Of a stretch of 64,000 nucleotides of DNA, positions 35,023 through 43,714 are shown one piece after another. A program made the translations under genes and the position numbers. The stretch is taken from IMG/VR virus record IMGVR_UViG_3300041407_000052, positions 28,348 through 92,347 of that record. One strand, given 5' to 3'. How positions within the stretch are numbered: position 1 is the stretch's first letter; each line of letters starts with the position of its first letter. Below the pieces are notes generated by a model. It did no database searches and was not told the origin of the DNA. It saw only the letters and a list, made by a program, of their open reading frames with translations. This DNA comes from a virus. Lineage: Duplodnaviria; Heunggongvirae; Uroviricota; Caudoviricetes.

Positions 35023-35403
35023 ATGAATGAACGTATTATGATCAAGACGGAAAGCGATAAGGGTGTGCATTCGATCACTGGTTATGTCGATGGTAAAGAA
35101 GTGATCAACGCTTCCAACAAAGTATGTCAATCATGGGGCATTGGAAGCTCATCTACGCTACCTTATGACTTTATCCTAGCACTACTATACATTGAAGTCG
35201 CAAGTCAAGTGATGAACCATGCAAAGAGTCTCATGAGCTTTAGTCGAGGAGTTCGTGTTCAGGTTAACTCCTCTGCTGGGTTTAGTCGTGGTTCTAAAGG
35301 CACAATTGAATTTGTTGAACCAAACGGTAATCGTATTTGGGTAACACGTGATGGAAGCGATAGTCCAGCATATTTTCACCCAAGTGAGTTGGATATTATC
35401 TGA
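35023..35403 (+). CDS. hypothetical protein (126 aa)
   Basis: track ORF 34960..35403 trimmed to ATG with GAGGAA RBS (MNERIMIK...). Confidence 0.5.
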   Translation: MNERIMIKTESDKGVHSITGYVDGKEVINASNKVCQSWGIGSSSTLPYDFILALLYIEVASQVMNHAKSLMSFSRGVRVQVNSSAGFSRGSKGTIEFVEPNGNRIWVTRDGSDSPAYFHPSELDII

Positions 35404-35555
35404 TGAAGACGTGTGGTGCGAAGAAGATCAAGAATGGAAATGATTCACCTTGGGGTTGTATTGGTGGTAGCACTCCTCCTCAGAACCGTGTACAATTGGT
35501 TTCCAAACATATCAACAAGCCACTCTGGTGGCGAATAAAGGAATGGTTTAAATGA
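35403..35555 (+). CDS. small Cys-containing ORF (50 aa)
   Basis: TGATG coupling upstream, ATGA coupling to helicase start; not in track. Confidence 0.4.
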   Translation: MKTCGAKKIKNGNDSPWGCIGGSTPPQNRVQLVSKHINKPLWWRIKEWFK

Positions 35556-37159
35556 GTGTTATCGTACCAACTGATGAACAAGGCAACGTAGTTGCAATGT
35601 CAAAGATTCATCGTCTTATGAAAATCTCTGCATATGCAGGCGCTGCCAAAACGTCTACGTTGTGCATGGTGGCTGAGCAACACGTAGTCCCTAGCTTGAT
35701 GTTGACCTTTAACAAATCGTTGGCTGACGAGGCTCGTGGACGCTTCCCGTCGTGGGTTGAGTGTCGAACAACTCATAGTTTGGCGTATGCTTCATTTGGT
35801 GCACAACTTCAGAAGAAACTGAAGCGTCCTCAAGGTGCATACAAAAACGTTGCTGGCACTGGTACAGAAATTGCCAAGTATTTCAAAACTGGTGATTTCA
35901 AATACATCATTGAAGGCGAGCGTGAAGCTCGGAAGATGAAAGCTGGTGGTGTTGGTGTTGCCATTAAAGAAACTGTTGCTAAATACGAACAGTCAGTAGA
36001 TACTGAAATTGGATACAAACATGTGTCTACCGGCCCATGTGATCAGATTCTGCTGAAAGATGAAAAAAGTATGCGTGCTTACAAGTATCTCGTACTTAGC
36101 TGTGCACAGAAACTGTGGCATCTTCGTACTGACTTGCGTTCTGACGTACTTGCAACTCATGACACGTATTTGAAACTCTATCAACTTTCTAAACCTGATC
36201 TTTCTCGTTATGAAGTATTGTACCTTGACGAATGTCAGGATGTTAATGCTGTTGTTCTAGATATCTTCTTGCGTCAAGTTGGTCGTTGCCGTCTGTATGC
36301 AGTTGGTGATGGTTTCCAGAACATCTATTCGTGGCGTGGTGCTATGAACGCAATGCTTGAACTTGATTGGCCTGAAGTTAACTTGTCTAAGAGCTTTCGT
36401 TTTGGTCAGGATATTGGTGATCTTGCTGACATTGTTCTGGCTCGTGATGGTCGTAAAGTTACAGCAGTTAAAGGTTGGGAGAAGCTAGACACACAAGCAG
36501 TTCCTAAACATGAACTTGACCAGTCTGTTTGGGATGGTCAGTACACCATGTTGTTCCGTACTAATGGTGCCTTGATCTTTGAAGCAGTTGATTTACTTGA
36601 ACAAGGTAAACGTGTCAATCTAGAAATTGATGTATCTGACTTTACCAAACTGCTTGATTCGGCAATTGAACTTCATCGTGGTAATCTTCCAAAGGTTAAA
36701 CACGAAAGTCTTGTACAGTTTGCATCATGGGAAGAGTGTGGTACTGAAGCTGAAGCCGTACAAGGTGAATTGCTTCGTGTATTCAACATGGTTCAGAATG
36801 GTTCTGTTCATAAAATATTGAATGTGTTGTCCACTCATAAGAACTGTCAAGATCCTGACGTAACACTGACTACTGCTCACAAAGCAAAAGGTCGTGAATT
36901 TGACGTTGTTATTCTTGCTGATGACTTTCCATCACCATATGACCAGCAAGGTAAGTGGGTTGGTCTTCAGGACATGGAACGCAACTTGTTGTATGTGGCA
37001 CTCACTCGGGTAATGAAGTTGTTGGGTTACAATCAAACTGTAATCCACATGATTGAACGATATAACCGATATAAAAATGTTGACGATGATTTTGATAAAT
37101 TTGTGGGAAAGCAAGTACGTCAACTAGATCGTGAAGTAAGGGAGATGTTGGGGGATTAA
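35552..37159 (+). CDS. SF1 DNA helicase (UvrD/Dda-like)
   Basis: P-loop AYAGAAKTST, DExx (YLDECQD), motif VI-like TTAHKAKGREFDVVIL. Confidence 0.7.
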   Translation: MSVIVPTDEQGNVVAMSKIHRLMKISAYAGAAKTSTLCMVAEQHVVPSLMLTFNKSLADEARGRFPSWVECRTTHSLAYASFGAQLQKKLKRPQGAYKNVAGTGTEIAKYFKTGDFKYIIEGEREARKMKAGGVGVAIKETVAKYEQSVDTEIGYKHVSTGPCDQILLKDEKSMRAYKYLVLSCAQKLWHLRTDLRSDVLATHDTYLKLYQLSKPDLSRYEVLYLDECQDVNAVVLDIFLRQVGRCRLYAVGDGFQNIYSWRGAMNAMLELDWPEVNLSKSFRFGQDIGDLADIVLARDGRKVTAVKGWEKLDTQAVPKHELDQSVWDGQYTMLFRTNGALIFEAVDLLEQGKRVNLEIDVSDFTKLLDSAIELHRGNLPKVKHESLVQFASWEECGTEAEAVQGELLRVFNMVQNGSVHKILNVLSTHKNCQDPDVTLTTAHKAKGREFDVVILADDFPSPYDQQGKWVGLQDMERNLLYVALTRVMKLLGYNQTVIHMIERYNRYKNVDDDFDKFVGKQVRQLDREVREMLGD

Positions 37160-37265
37160 TGAAGTATATACTTTGGGTGTGGACACCTGCGGGTTACCAA
37201 CGCATTGTCTGCAATACGGTTAAAGAAGCATTGTATTTGCGAGATAGTTTGAGGAGTATTGAAGA

Positions 37266-37562
37266 TTGGAACTATATGATTTAAGGTTCAGTGACGGCAT
37301 TAGATTTCATGTCAAAGACATTGAAGACTACAATATCAAAGGTACGTTTGACCCAAATGCTGCCTCTGATATTGAATTCTATGGGTATCGAGAAACAACA
37401 TTCCAAGTGAGTGGTGTTGATTCGCTTGTGCGGATTATTAATTATGAACTCTGGTTACCTGACAATGAAGGGACCGTTGCTGAGTTCGCTAATTACTTCG
37501 ATGACAAACTAACACTGATTGTTCAAGACGCAATTGATAAACAAAATGGAGAATATAAATGA
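37266..37562 (+). CDS. hypothetical protein (98 aa; TTG start after GAGGAG)
   Basis: ORF track; no in-frame ATG; possible alternative 41-aa ORF 37159..37284 overlaps. Confidence 0.35.
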   Translation: MELYDLRFSDGIRFHVKDIEDYNIKGTFDPNAASDIEFYGYRETTFQVSGVDSLVRIINYELWLPDNEGTVAEFANYFDDKLTLIVQDAIDKQNGEYK

Positions 37563-38161
37563 GTGTGATCTGTAGTGTTGCACTAAACGATAGCGGTTTA
37601 GTCAATGCTCGTTCACACGCATCATATGCTTCTTGGTACAGCATGATAAACAGATGTTACAACTCTGCGTCTTTAAAGAACAGACCATCATATCTAGATG
37701 TTTCTGTTTGCATGGGCTGGTTACGATACAGCAATTTCAAAGAATGGTTTTATGAGAACCACTTCGATGGATTCACACTTGACAAAGATATACTAATTCC
37801 TTGTTCAAGAGAGTACAACCCTGAGTCATGTGCTTTTGTTACACCTAGATTAAATTCAACACTGAAAGGAATGAATTCTGGTGATGGTATTTTAGGTGTT
37901 GATTTTATTGAAGAAACTGGTAGATATAGATCAAGACTCGCAATAAAAATGAAGACCAAACATTTAGGTATGTTTGATAATTTGGTAGATGCTCAACGTT
38001 GTTGGTTGTCCGCAAAGTCAAAAGATATCATTGATCAAATTGATGAACAGAAAGATGAGCGTGTTAAAGTAAAACTAATTGAGTACGCTGGTAAAATTCA
38101 AAAGTGGGATTCCAGCGTCAAACCCGCAAGCAACATATTGGAGATTATAAATGGAACGTAA
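37559..38161 (+). CDS. HNH(HNH_3)-AP2 homing endonuclease
   Basis: YASWYSMINRCYN...LDKDILIPCSREYNPESCAFV and AP2-like GVDFIEETGRYRSRLAIK. Confidence 0.55.
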   Translation: MSVICSVALNDSGLVNARSHASYASWYSMINRCYNSASLKNRPSYLDVSVCMGWLRYSNFKEWFYENHFDGFTLDKDILIPCSREYNPESCAFVTPRLNSTLKGMNSGDGILGVDFIEETGRYRSRLAIKMKTKHLGMFDNLVDAQRCWLSAKSKDIIDQIDEQKDERVKVKLIEYAGKIQKWDSSVKPASNILEIINGT

Positions 38162-39296
38162 ACTGGCTCGTGTTGTACAAATTGATTCACTTCACCCAAT
38201 TTCTGGAGCAGACCGTATTGAACTGGCTCTTATCGGTGGTTGGCAAGTAGTTGTAGGTAAAGGGTTGTACACTGCTGGTGATAAATGCATGTATTTCGAA
38301 GTTGATAGTCTACTTCCAACTGCTCATCCTGCGTTTGCAGAACTTGCTACTCGCCTTAGTTCTAAACTGTTATTTGAGATTGATGGACGTGGTTATGCTC
38401 GTATCAAAACAGCAAAGTTGATGAAACATTTGTCGCAAGGTTTCTGTGTTCCATTGTCTGAATTGAATGTAATGAGTATTGTACCTGTTGATGAGGACTT
38501 CACCAAGACTCTTGGTATCCTGAAGTATGAGAAGGGTGAAGAGCGTTCAATGAATAACGCTGGTACTGCCGACGGTGTTAAAGGTCGTACTACTAAACCA
38601 TTCCCATCGTTCATTCCCAAGACTGACCAGAACCGTGTGCAGAACATTGTTCCTCGTTACTTGCAGTCTGTTACAGATGGTGAGCTGTTTGAGAAGACAT
38701 TCAAACTTGATGGTAGTTCGATGACTGTTTGGATTAAGAATGGTGTGACTGGTGTTGCTTCTCGCAATGTATCGTTCCGCATGCAAGTTGAGAACAAGGG
38801 TTTTGTTCAATCGTTCAAGGATTACTTCAAGCAGGTGAAGAAACATGGTTTCCGTCGTGCTAAGTTTGTTACACAACTTGAAGCCGATGTCAATGCGTTC
38901 ACTCAGATGGCTAACAACTCTGGTGTTACTGATGCGCTTGTACGTCTGAACCGTAACCTTGCAATTCAAGGTGAAATGGTTGGTCCAAGCATTCAGAAGA
39001 ACTTCGAAGGTGTCAAGTCTAACCAATTTTACATCTATGATATCTTTGATATTGACAGACAGAAATATCTATTGCCAACAGAGCGTGTTGAGCTAATTGC
39101 AAAATACAACTTGCAAGCTGTACCACCAGCTGGTATTGTAACTCTCCCAGCAACAGTTACCGACGCAATTGAAGATGCTGATGGTCCATCTGGTTTGAAT
39201 GGTAAACGACGTGAAGGTTTTGTGTACAAGAGCATGGTTCGTGATTTCAGCTTTAAGATTGTGTCAAATTCGTATTTGCTGAAATCGGAGGATTAA
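38151..39296 (+). CDS. ATP-dependent RNA ligase (KxDG nucleotidyltransferase; extra N-terminal OB-like domain)
   Basis: motif I TFKLDGSSMTVW resembling T4 Rnl1 KEDGSL; ~180-aa N-terminal domain ERKLARVVQIDSLHPISGADRIE. Confidence 0.6.
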   Translation: MERKLARVVQIDSLHPISGADRIELALIGGWQVVVGKGLYTAGDKCMYFEVDSLLPTAHPAFAELATRLSSKLLFEIDGRGYARIKTAKLMKHLSQGFCVPLSELNVMSIVPVDEDFTKTLGILKYEKGEERSMNNAGTADGVKGRTTKPFPSFIPKTDQNRVQNIVPRYLQSVTDGELFEKTFKLDGSSMTVWIKNGVTGVASRNVSFRMQVENKGFVQSFKDYFKQVKKHGFRRAKFVTQLEADVNAFTQMANNSGVTDALVRLNRNLAIQGEMVGPSIQKNFEGVKSNQFYIYDIFDIDRQKYLLPTERVELIAKYNLQAVPPAGIVTLPATVTDAIEDADGPSGLNGKRREGFVYKSMVRDFSFKIVSNSYLLKSED

Positions 39297-39484
39297 TGAA
39301 TATTCGTGACTACGGAACATCTTGGTATACCGAACTTCAACGTATTCGTCAGCGACTTGATGATATCGAGAATGCTGAGGACTTCGACGAAGCAATCTTC
39401 TGTGCTCAAGAGTTGTCAGCAGATATTGAGACTCTTGAGCGAGAGATTGATACACAACTAGAACTTGGGATGGACGAAGAATGA
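39296..39484 (+). CDS. hypothetical protein (62 aa)
   Basis: ORF track; TAATG coupling. Confidence 0.45.
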   Translation: MNIRDYGTSWYTELQRIRQRLDDIENAEDFDEAIFCAQELSADIETLEREIDTQLELGMDEE

Positions 39485-39666
39485 TTCTTGCAAGTCAAAG
39501 TGGAATGATGATAGCTTGTCGTCTGGTTAAAGAAAGTGATAAAGCATGGACCGTGAACTACAACGACAAAGCTTATCCTAAAAATGTTCGTGTTCCAAAG
39601 TCTGGTAACAGACAAGTGTTTAAAAGTGTAGATGATGCGTTGGATTGGATGAATGGTGATGAATAA
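39481..39666 (+). CDS. hypothetical protein (61 aa)
   Basis: ORF track. Confidence 0.45.
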   Translation: MILASQSGMMIACRLVKESDKAWTVNYNDKAYPKNVRVPKSGNRQVFKSVDDALDWMNGDE

Positions 39667-39859
39667 TTTTGTTTGTGTAGTTGGTGGTGCTTTACTCGGT
39701 ATGATTGCAGCAGCTTTCTCAACATCGTATGTGTACAAGTTACAAGTTCACCAACCTGTTTTGAAATGCTCTACTGTTGTTAAGCAAAAGGTTGACAAGC
39801 GAGTCGAACCAACGTACCCTATTGGTACATTTGAACATGAAGTCAAGAGGACTGAGTAA
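39653..39859 (+). CDS. small membrane protein (68 aa, 1 TM)
   Basis: hydrophobic segment FVCVVGGALLGMIAAAF. Confidence 0.45.
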   Translation: MVMNNFVCVVGGALLGMIAAAFSTSYVYKLQVHQPVLKCSTVVKQKVDKRVEPTYPIGTFEHEVKRTE

Positions 39860-40068
39860 TGCAAAAGGTATATGTATTTGTAACTGATAGTGGTGATGGT
39901 AGTTCAGCAACATGGTTCACCCGTCTTGAGGATACACTTGAGCGTTTGGATAATGATGATCCAAGTTGGGTATATCAGAATGAAGGTGACTACCAAAATG
40001 TATTTACTTTTCCAGATGACCTTGATCTAGAAGCTTGTGGTTTTACATTCTTTGAGGATGAAATGTGA
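39859..40068 (+). CDS. hypothetical protein (69 aa)
   Basis: ORF track. Confidence 0.45.
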   Translation: MQKVYVFVTDSGDGSSATWFTRLEDTLERLDNDDPSWVYQNEGDYQNVFTFPDDLDLEACGFTFFEDEM

Positions 40069-40298
40069 GTAACTGTCCCGGTTGTAATCTACCAATGATT
40101 GATGGTCAAGTATTCAATGGTCTTCTGAAGTGCCACTGGGACTGTCAGGATGTTGTACGGACTAACATGGGTGAAGCTAACGCTTTTGAACTAATCAAGC
40201 ACAGAGCGGATGTCAGGCTGCGACAGGATGGGTTGTTCCCAGGTCATCACCTGTATGATAAACTTATGGACGCTACATTAGATGAGTATTTCAAATGA
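40065..40298 (+). CDS. small Cys-rich zinc-finger-like protein (77 aa)
   Basis: CPGCNLP...CHWDC. Confidence 0.45.
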   Translation: MSNCPGCNLPMIDGQVFNGLLKCHWDCQDVVRTNMGEANAFELIKHRADVRLRQDGLFPGHHLYDKLMDATLDEYFK

Positions 40299-40687
40299 CA
40301 GAGCGTATTGTTTATAGTCATAATGGTGAAGACTACAATGACCATACAGAGCATGATGTTATCCTGACTCTTGTCAATCAACTTCCTTTTGATGAATTTT
40401 ATGTAGGAGCTAATCTTTCATATCACAAGGCTGAAGCTGTTAAGTTTAAACCGAGTGACTTTGTTCGTGTAGATAGCATCTTGGAAGACATGCAGTGTCA
40501 GGCTGACGACGATGGTGGTGAATATGCTGAAGACTTCACGTATTGCTCTAAAGAAGCTCAGGATGAGCTATACAAGCTTGTGAGTGAATGGGCTGACAAA
40601 CATCTGGATTGTCACTTTTATCGAGTAAAGAATTCAGTTGAAGTACCTTTCGTTGTAACTGACGAAATGTATAAGGAGTTGATTTAA
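40295..40687 (+). CDS. hypothetical protein (130 aa)
   Basis: ORF track. Confidence 0.5.
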   Translation: MTERIVYSHNGEDYNDHTEHDVILTLVNQLPFDEFYVGANLSYHKAEAVKFKPSDFVRVDSILEDMQCQADDDGGEYAEDFTYCSKEAQDELYKLVSEWADKHLDCHFYRVKNSVEVPFVVTDEMYKELI

Positions 40688-41040
40688 TGGAATTCTTTAT
40701 TCTATATCTGTTGATGATCCTTGAGAATGTTCAAGGTTGGTTGATCGCAGTAAGTATACTCTCTGGTGTAATAATTGGATGGAGTATGCTCAATGCACTT
40801 TTAGAAGGTGATCCTATACCACCTTTTTGCAAGTGGTTGATTCCAGTCTGTATTGTGTTATCACTTAGTGCAACACTGATACCAAGTAAGAAAGAAATGG
40901 CAATCATTGCAGCCGCTGGTGTGACATACAACGTGGTTACCAGTGATGCAGCTAAAGAGATTGGTGGTAAAGGTGTTGACCTTCTGAATAAGAAGCTTGA
41001 TGAAATGCTGAAAGACGAACCGACACAGGTTGTTAAGTAA
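40687..41040 (+). CDS. membrane protein (117 aa, ~3 TM)
   Basis: hydrophobic helices; ORF track. Confidence 0.5.
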   Translation: MEFFILYLLMILENVQGWLIAVSILSGVIIGWSMLNALLEGDPIPPFCKWLIPVCIVLSLSATLIPSKKEMAIIAAAGVTYNVVTSDAAKEIGGKGVDLLNKKLDEMLKDEPTQVVK

Positions 41041-41294
41041 TGGCTAAGATAGTTGAACTACCCGTGGTGACTGTAACTGCAAAGTTTACGGTAACAGAAG
41101 GTGAACTACGAGCATTGGATGCACTTGCTGGTTATGGTGATGACGCATTCATTAAAACCTTCTACGAGAAGATGGGACGGACTTACTTACAACCACATGA
41201 ATTACATCTTCGTGAGTTTCTGAAGTCTATTCGTGATATTGCTAGTCCAATCCTAAGTCGTGCAGATGCGGCACGTAAAGCTTTCAACAAATAG
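41040..41294 (+). CDS. hypothetical protein (84 aa)
   Basis: ORF track; last gene of plus module. Confidence 0.45.
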   Translation: MAKIVELPVVTVTAKFTVTEGELRALDALAGYGDDAFIKTFYEKMGRTYLQPHELHLREFLKSIRDIASPILSRADAARKAFNK

Positions 41295-41300
41295 TAGATG

Positions 41301-41345
41301 TGAAAAAGCCCGGACTCACAATGAGTATCCGGGCTTAGTTGTACT
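41301..41345. terminator. bidirectional rho-independent terminator at convergent junction
   Basis: long hairpin AAGCCCGGACTCA-CAA-TGAGTATCCGGGCTT flanked by A5 (T5 on minus) and T-rich plus-strand tail. Confidence 0.55.
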
Positions 41346-41659
41346 TATTGTTTTGTATTCTTCAAGTCAATTCGAAGTGCATCTGTAAGTCCACGGATGT
41401 CTTGACGCAATCCTTGTGTCTCACGAATCCATTGCTCTTGAACAGATTTGAATTCTTCCCGGCTTACTTTCCCTTCTTGCAGACGACTAATTTCCCTTTG
41501 TGTACTTGCAATACTCTTTTCCAATCCAGTTATTGCAGATTGAGTGTTAGCTTTATCACCTTGGTACATAAAGACAACAACTGAGATTAGTGCAAGTCCT
41601 GCCCAACCACCAAACTTTGCAATCAATTCCTGTAACTTACTCTCTGGTGGGTTGCTCAT
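41345..41659 (-). CDS. membrane-anchored coiled-coil protein (possible lysis regulator)
   Basis: N-terminal TM (WAGLALISVVVFMY) then coiled coil; last gene of lysis cassette. Confidence 0.4.
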   Translation of the reverse strand: MSNPPESKLQELIAKFGGWAGLALISVVVFMYQGDKANTQSAITGLEKSIASTQREISRLQEGKVSREEFKSVQEQWIRETQGLRQDIRGLTDALRIDLKNTKQ

Positions 41660-41939
41660 TATTGACGGCTCCTTCTTCTGTGTGGTTTTTAATTAATCCT
41701 TCAACCAAAATTTGATGTGCACGAAGACAACTCGTGTTGTTAACCCATGAACTTGCGAGAGAACGCACTGTCTCGCCCGCTGATTGCTCTAGGCAACTAA
41801 CTCTTAGTAAGTCCAAGGGAATGTATTGCTTTACATAGATCGTTTCTACAATCGTCTCTGGTGGCTTACTTGAGCAACTTGAGCAAATCAGTAGGCAAGC
41901 GATCATCAATGTCAGCAGTGTTTTGCTTCGTGGCTTCAT
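41637..41939 (-). CDS. putative o-spanin (outer-membrane lipoprotein), start embedded in i-spanin 3' end
   Basis: signal peptide with Cys-rich lipobox-like LLICSSCSSKPPE; overlaps 41866..42255 by 74 nt in other frame. Confidence 0.4.
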   Translation of the reverse strand: MKPRSKTLLTLMIACLLICSSCSSKPPETIVETIYVKQYIPLDLLRVSCLEQSAGETVRSLASSWVNNTSCLRAHQILVEGLIKNHTEEGAVNNEQPTRE

Positions 41940-42255
41940 TGACAGTTTCCTTCTTGGATGACAGTAGTGCGTTGATCGCCTGTTGTTTTACAACACCATT
42001 GCATACTTCTTTATCAACTTCTTTTACAATGGGGATATATTCTTTGGGTTTGTTTTTAATCTGGTTAGCAAGTTCTAAGTTTTGCTCACTCAACCGTTTG
42101 TTCAACGTTACATGTTCCAACAGTTTCCCTTGAGCAGTATCACGTGCTTCACGATCATACTTTCCAGAGATTATGGATGCTGTGAGTAACGTTGCCAAAA
42201 CGATACAGAGTATACTTAGTCCTTTACTTTTCAACGTCGTAAGTATTAGATTCAT
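41866..42255 (-). CDS. putative i-spanin (Rz-like; N-terminal TM + periplasmic coiled coil)
   Basis: TM LSILCIVLATLLTASII then charged coiled-coil region; position after holin. Confidence 0.45.
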   Translation of the reverse strand: MNLILTTLKSKGLSILCIVLATLLTASIISGKYDREARDTAQGKLLEHVTLNKRLSEQNLELANQIKNKPKEYIPIVKEVDKEVCNGVVKQQAINALLSSKKETVNEATKQNTADIDDRLPTDLLKLLK

Positions 42256-42487
42256 GAGTGTGCTCCTTAACTTTGTCTAAGTCGTCAATCTCTTCATTGA
42301 GTAACTTACCAATGAAGAAAAGTACTGCAAACATAATACCCCAACCAACTAACCACGTGATTGTCATTGTATCAGTCAGAAGCCCAAGTAATGCAAGACC
42401 AGCCATACTCAAAGCATTAAGCATGTTTGCAACGAAGGAGTAAAGTTGGTAATTCTTGCACAGGTGTTTGTAGAATCTTTTACCCAT
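42224..42487 (-). CDS. putative holin (87 aa, 2-3 TM)
   Basis: hydrophobic helices and charged C-terminus; between endolysin and spanins. Confidence 0.5.
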   Translation of the reverse strand: MGKRFYKHLCKNYQLYSFVANMLNALSMAGLALLGLLTDTMTITWLVGWGIMFAVLFFIGKLLNEEIDDLDKVKEHTHESNTYDVEK

Positions 42488-42491
42488 GTTG

Positions 42492-43049
42492 TTACTCCCA
42501 TGTTTTCATTAACGGTTTATAATCAGCAGGAACCTCGCCCATACAGTAACGGTACTGATTACTAGCTCGAATCTCAAGTCCTTTAAGTTTGACTTTCTTA
42601 CCAGCAATCGTACCATATACCCATTTAGTAAGTTCAACACACGCACCGTCATAATCTTTACGATTCAACTTCACAAGTAGTGTACTAGAGTTTAGATTCC
42701 CACCACCTTTGTTGAACGTGAAGTCTGTAACAGCACCTTTCATCCAATCAGAACGAAAAGGAACAAGTACAGCCTGTTCAACGATCTTCTCGTGTATAAT
42801 CCAGTCTTTAACAAACTGAGCAACACATTCGTCTTCAGTGTAGTTCTTTTTTGGTGTCTCGCCTTTCTTTACCAAGTGCCCAATGCATGTGGTCTGTAAC
42901 CCAACAGGGTCCAAATGAAGATGTGTCATTACACCCTCAGATGGAACCGTTAAGTTGCTTGCAATATAAGCAGATGGACCAGCGACACCGGCAGCAAGTA
43001 GAGCAGCGAATATCTTACTCTTCAAGCTGTTAGTGATTGGTAGTTTCAT
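42492..43049 (-). CDS. SAR endolysin (GH24 T4-type lysozyme with N-terminal signal-arrest-release anchor)
   Basis: catalytic E-x8-D-x5-T triad (EGVMTHLHLDPVGLQTT) then CIGH; N-terminal weakly hydrophobic AALLAAGVAGPSAYIA. Confidence 0.7.
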   Translation of the reverse strand: MKLPITNSLKSKIFAALLAAGVAGPSAYIASNLTVPSEGVMTHLHLDPVGLQTTCIGHLVKKGETPKKNYTEDECVAQFVKDWIIHEKIVEQAVLVPFRSDWMKGAVTDFTFNKGGGNLNSSTLLVKLNRKDYDGACVELTKWVYGTIAGKKVKLKGLEIRASNQYRYCMGEVPADYKPLMKTWE

Positions 43050-43064
43050 CTGTGTTTTTCCTAT

Positions 43065-43343
43065 TTAGCTTGGTCTGATAGGTCTTTGTGTTGAGTCAGG
43101 AAAGTATAATGCACCTTCTTTCCATGCTCTCAATTTAACACCATACGCTTTCCATTGTGATTCTGTACCCGGAAGTGCAGCAGGGTCTTCGAATAGGATA
43201 GCATCTAGGTTATCTTTGGTAACGATGATTTCAGCAACTCGCCAAACGTTCTCTATGACAACATCGGCAGCACGTTTAACTGCCGCTGCTTCAGCATCCT
43301 TCATAGCCTGTGTTACTAGTTTAGACCAATCAATATTACTCAT
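43065..43343 (-). CDS. hypothetical protein (92 aa)
   Basis: ORF track. Confidence 0.45.
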   Translation of the reverse strand: MSNIDWSKLVTQAMKDAEAAAVKRAADVVIENVWRVAEIIVTKDNLDAILFEDPAALPGTESQWKAYGVKLRAWKEGALYFPDSTQRPIRPS

Positions 43344-43714
43344 TGTTTAATCTCCATATCGTGACTAGCTTCAAAACTTATTTGTTCGTTGTAAAGCTTG
43401 GTCATAGTTTCTTCTTCGTTTAATGGTAAAGGAAACTCAACAGGACCGTCTGGAACATCAATTAATGGAACAGGGAAAGCTTGCTCTGGACTGTAGTTCC
43501 AAGGGTTGGGTAGTAAAAGAGTTACTTCAAGCTCCCCATTAGTGCGTGTAATGTCACCAGCAAACCAAGGGGATGAGACAGCATCCTGAGGTAACAGGTC
43601 ACCCTCACCAATTGGGGATAGATCGAAGTCTTCCCCATTAACCGTCAGTATGTCGCCAGTTTTAACAACTTCCAGCACATCATCACGACGTTGTGGACTC
43701 AAATAGATTTTCAT
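43340..43714 (-). CDS. tail fiber assembly protein (Tfa-like)
   Basis: track ORF trimmed to ATG overlapping fiber stop (TAATG); IGEGD motif region resembles lambda Tfa N-terminus. Confidence 0.55.
   Translation of the reverse strand: MKIYLSPQRRDDVLEVVKTGDILTVNGEDFDLSPIGEGDLLPQDAVSSPWFAGDITRTNGELEVTLLLPNPWNYSPEQAFPVPLIDVPDGPVEFPLPLNEEETMTKLYNEQISFEASHDMEIKQ

Noticed and set aside
37159-37284. 41-aa ORF (MKYILWVWTPAGYQ...) starting at the helicase stop (TAATG)
   Set aside because: It overlaps the 98-aa TTG-initiated ORF 37266..37562 by 19 nt. Only one of the two is likely real, and it was listed only as an alternative.
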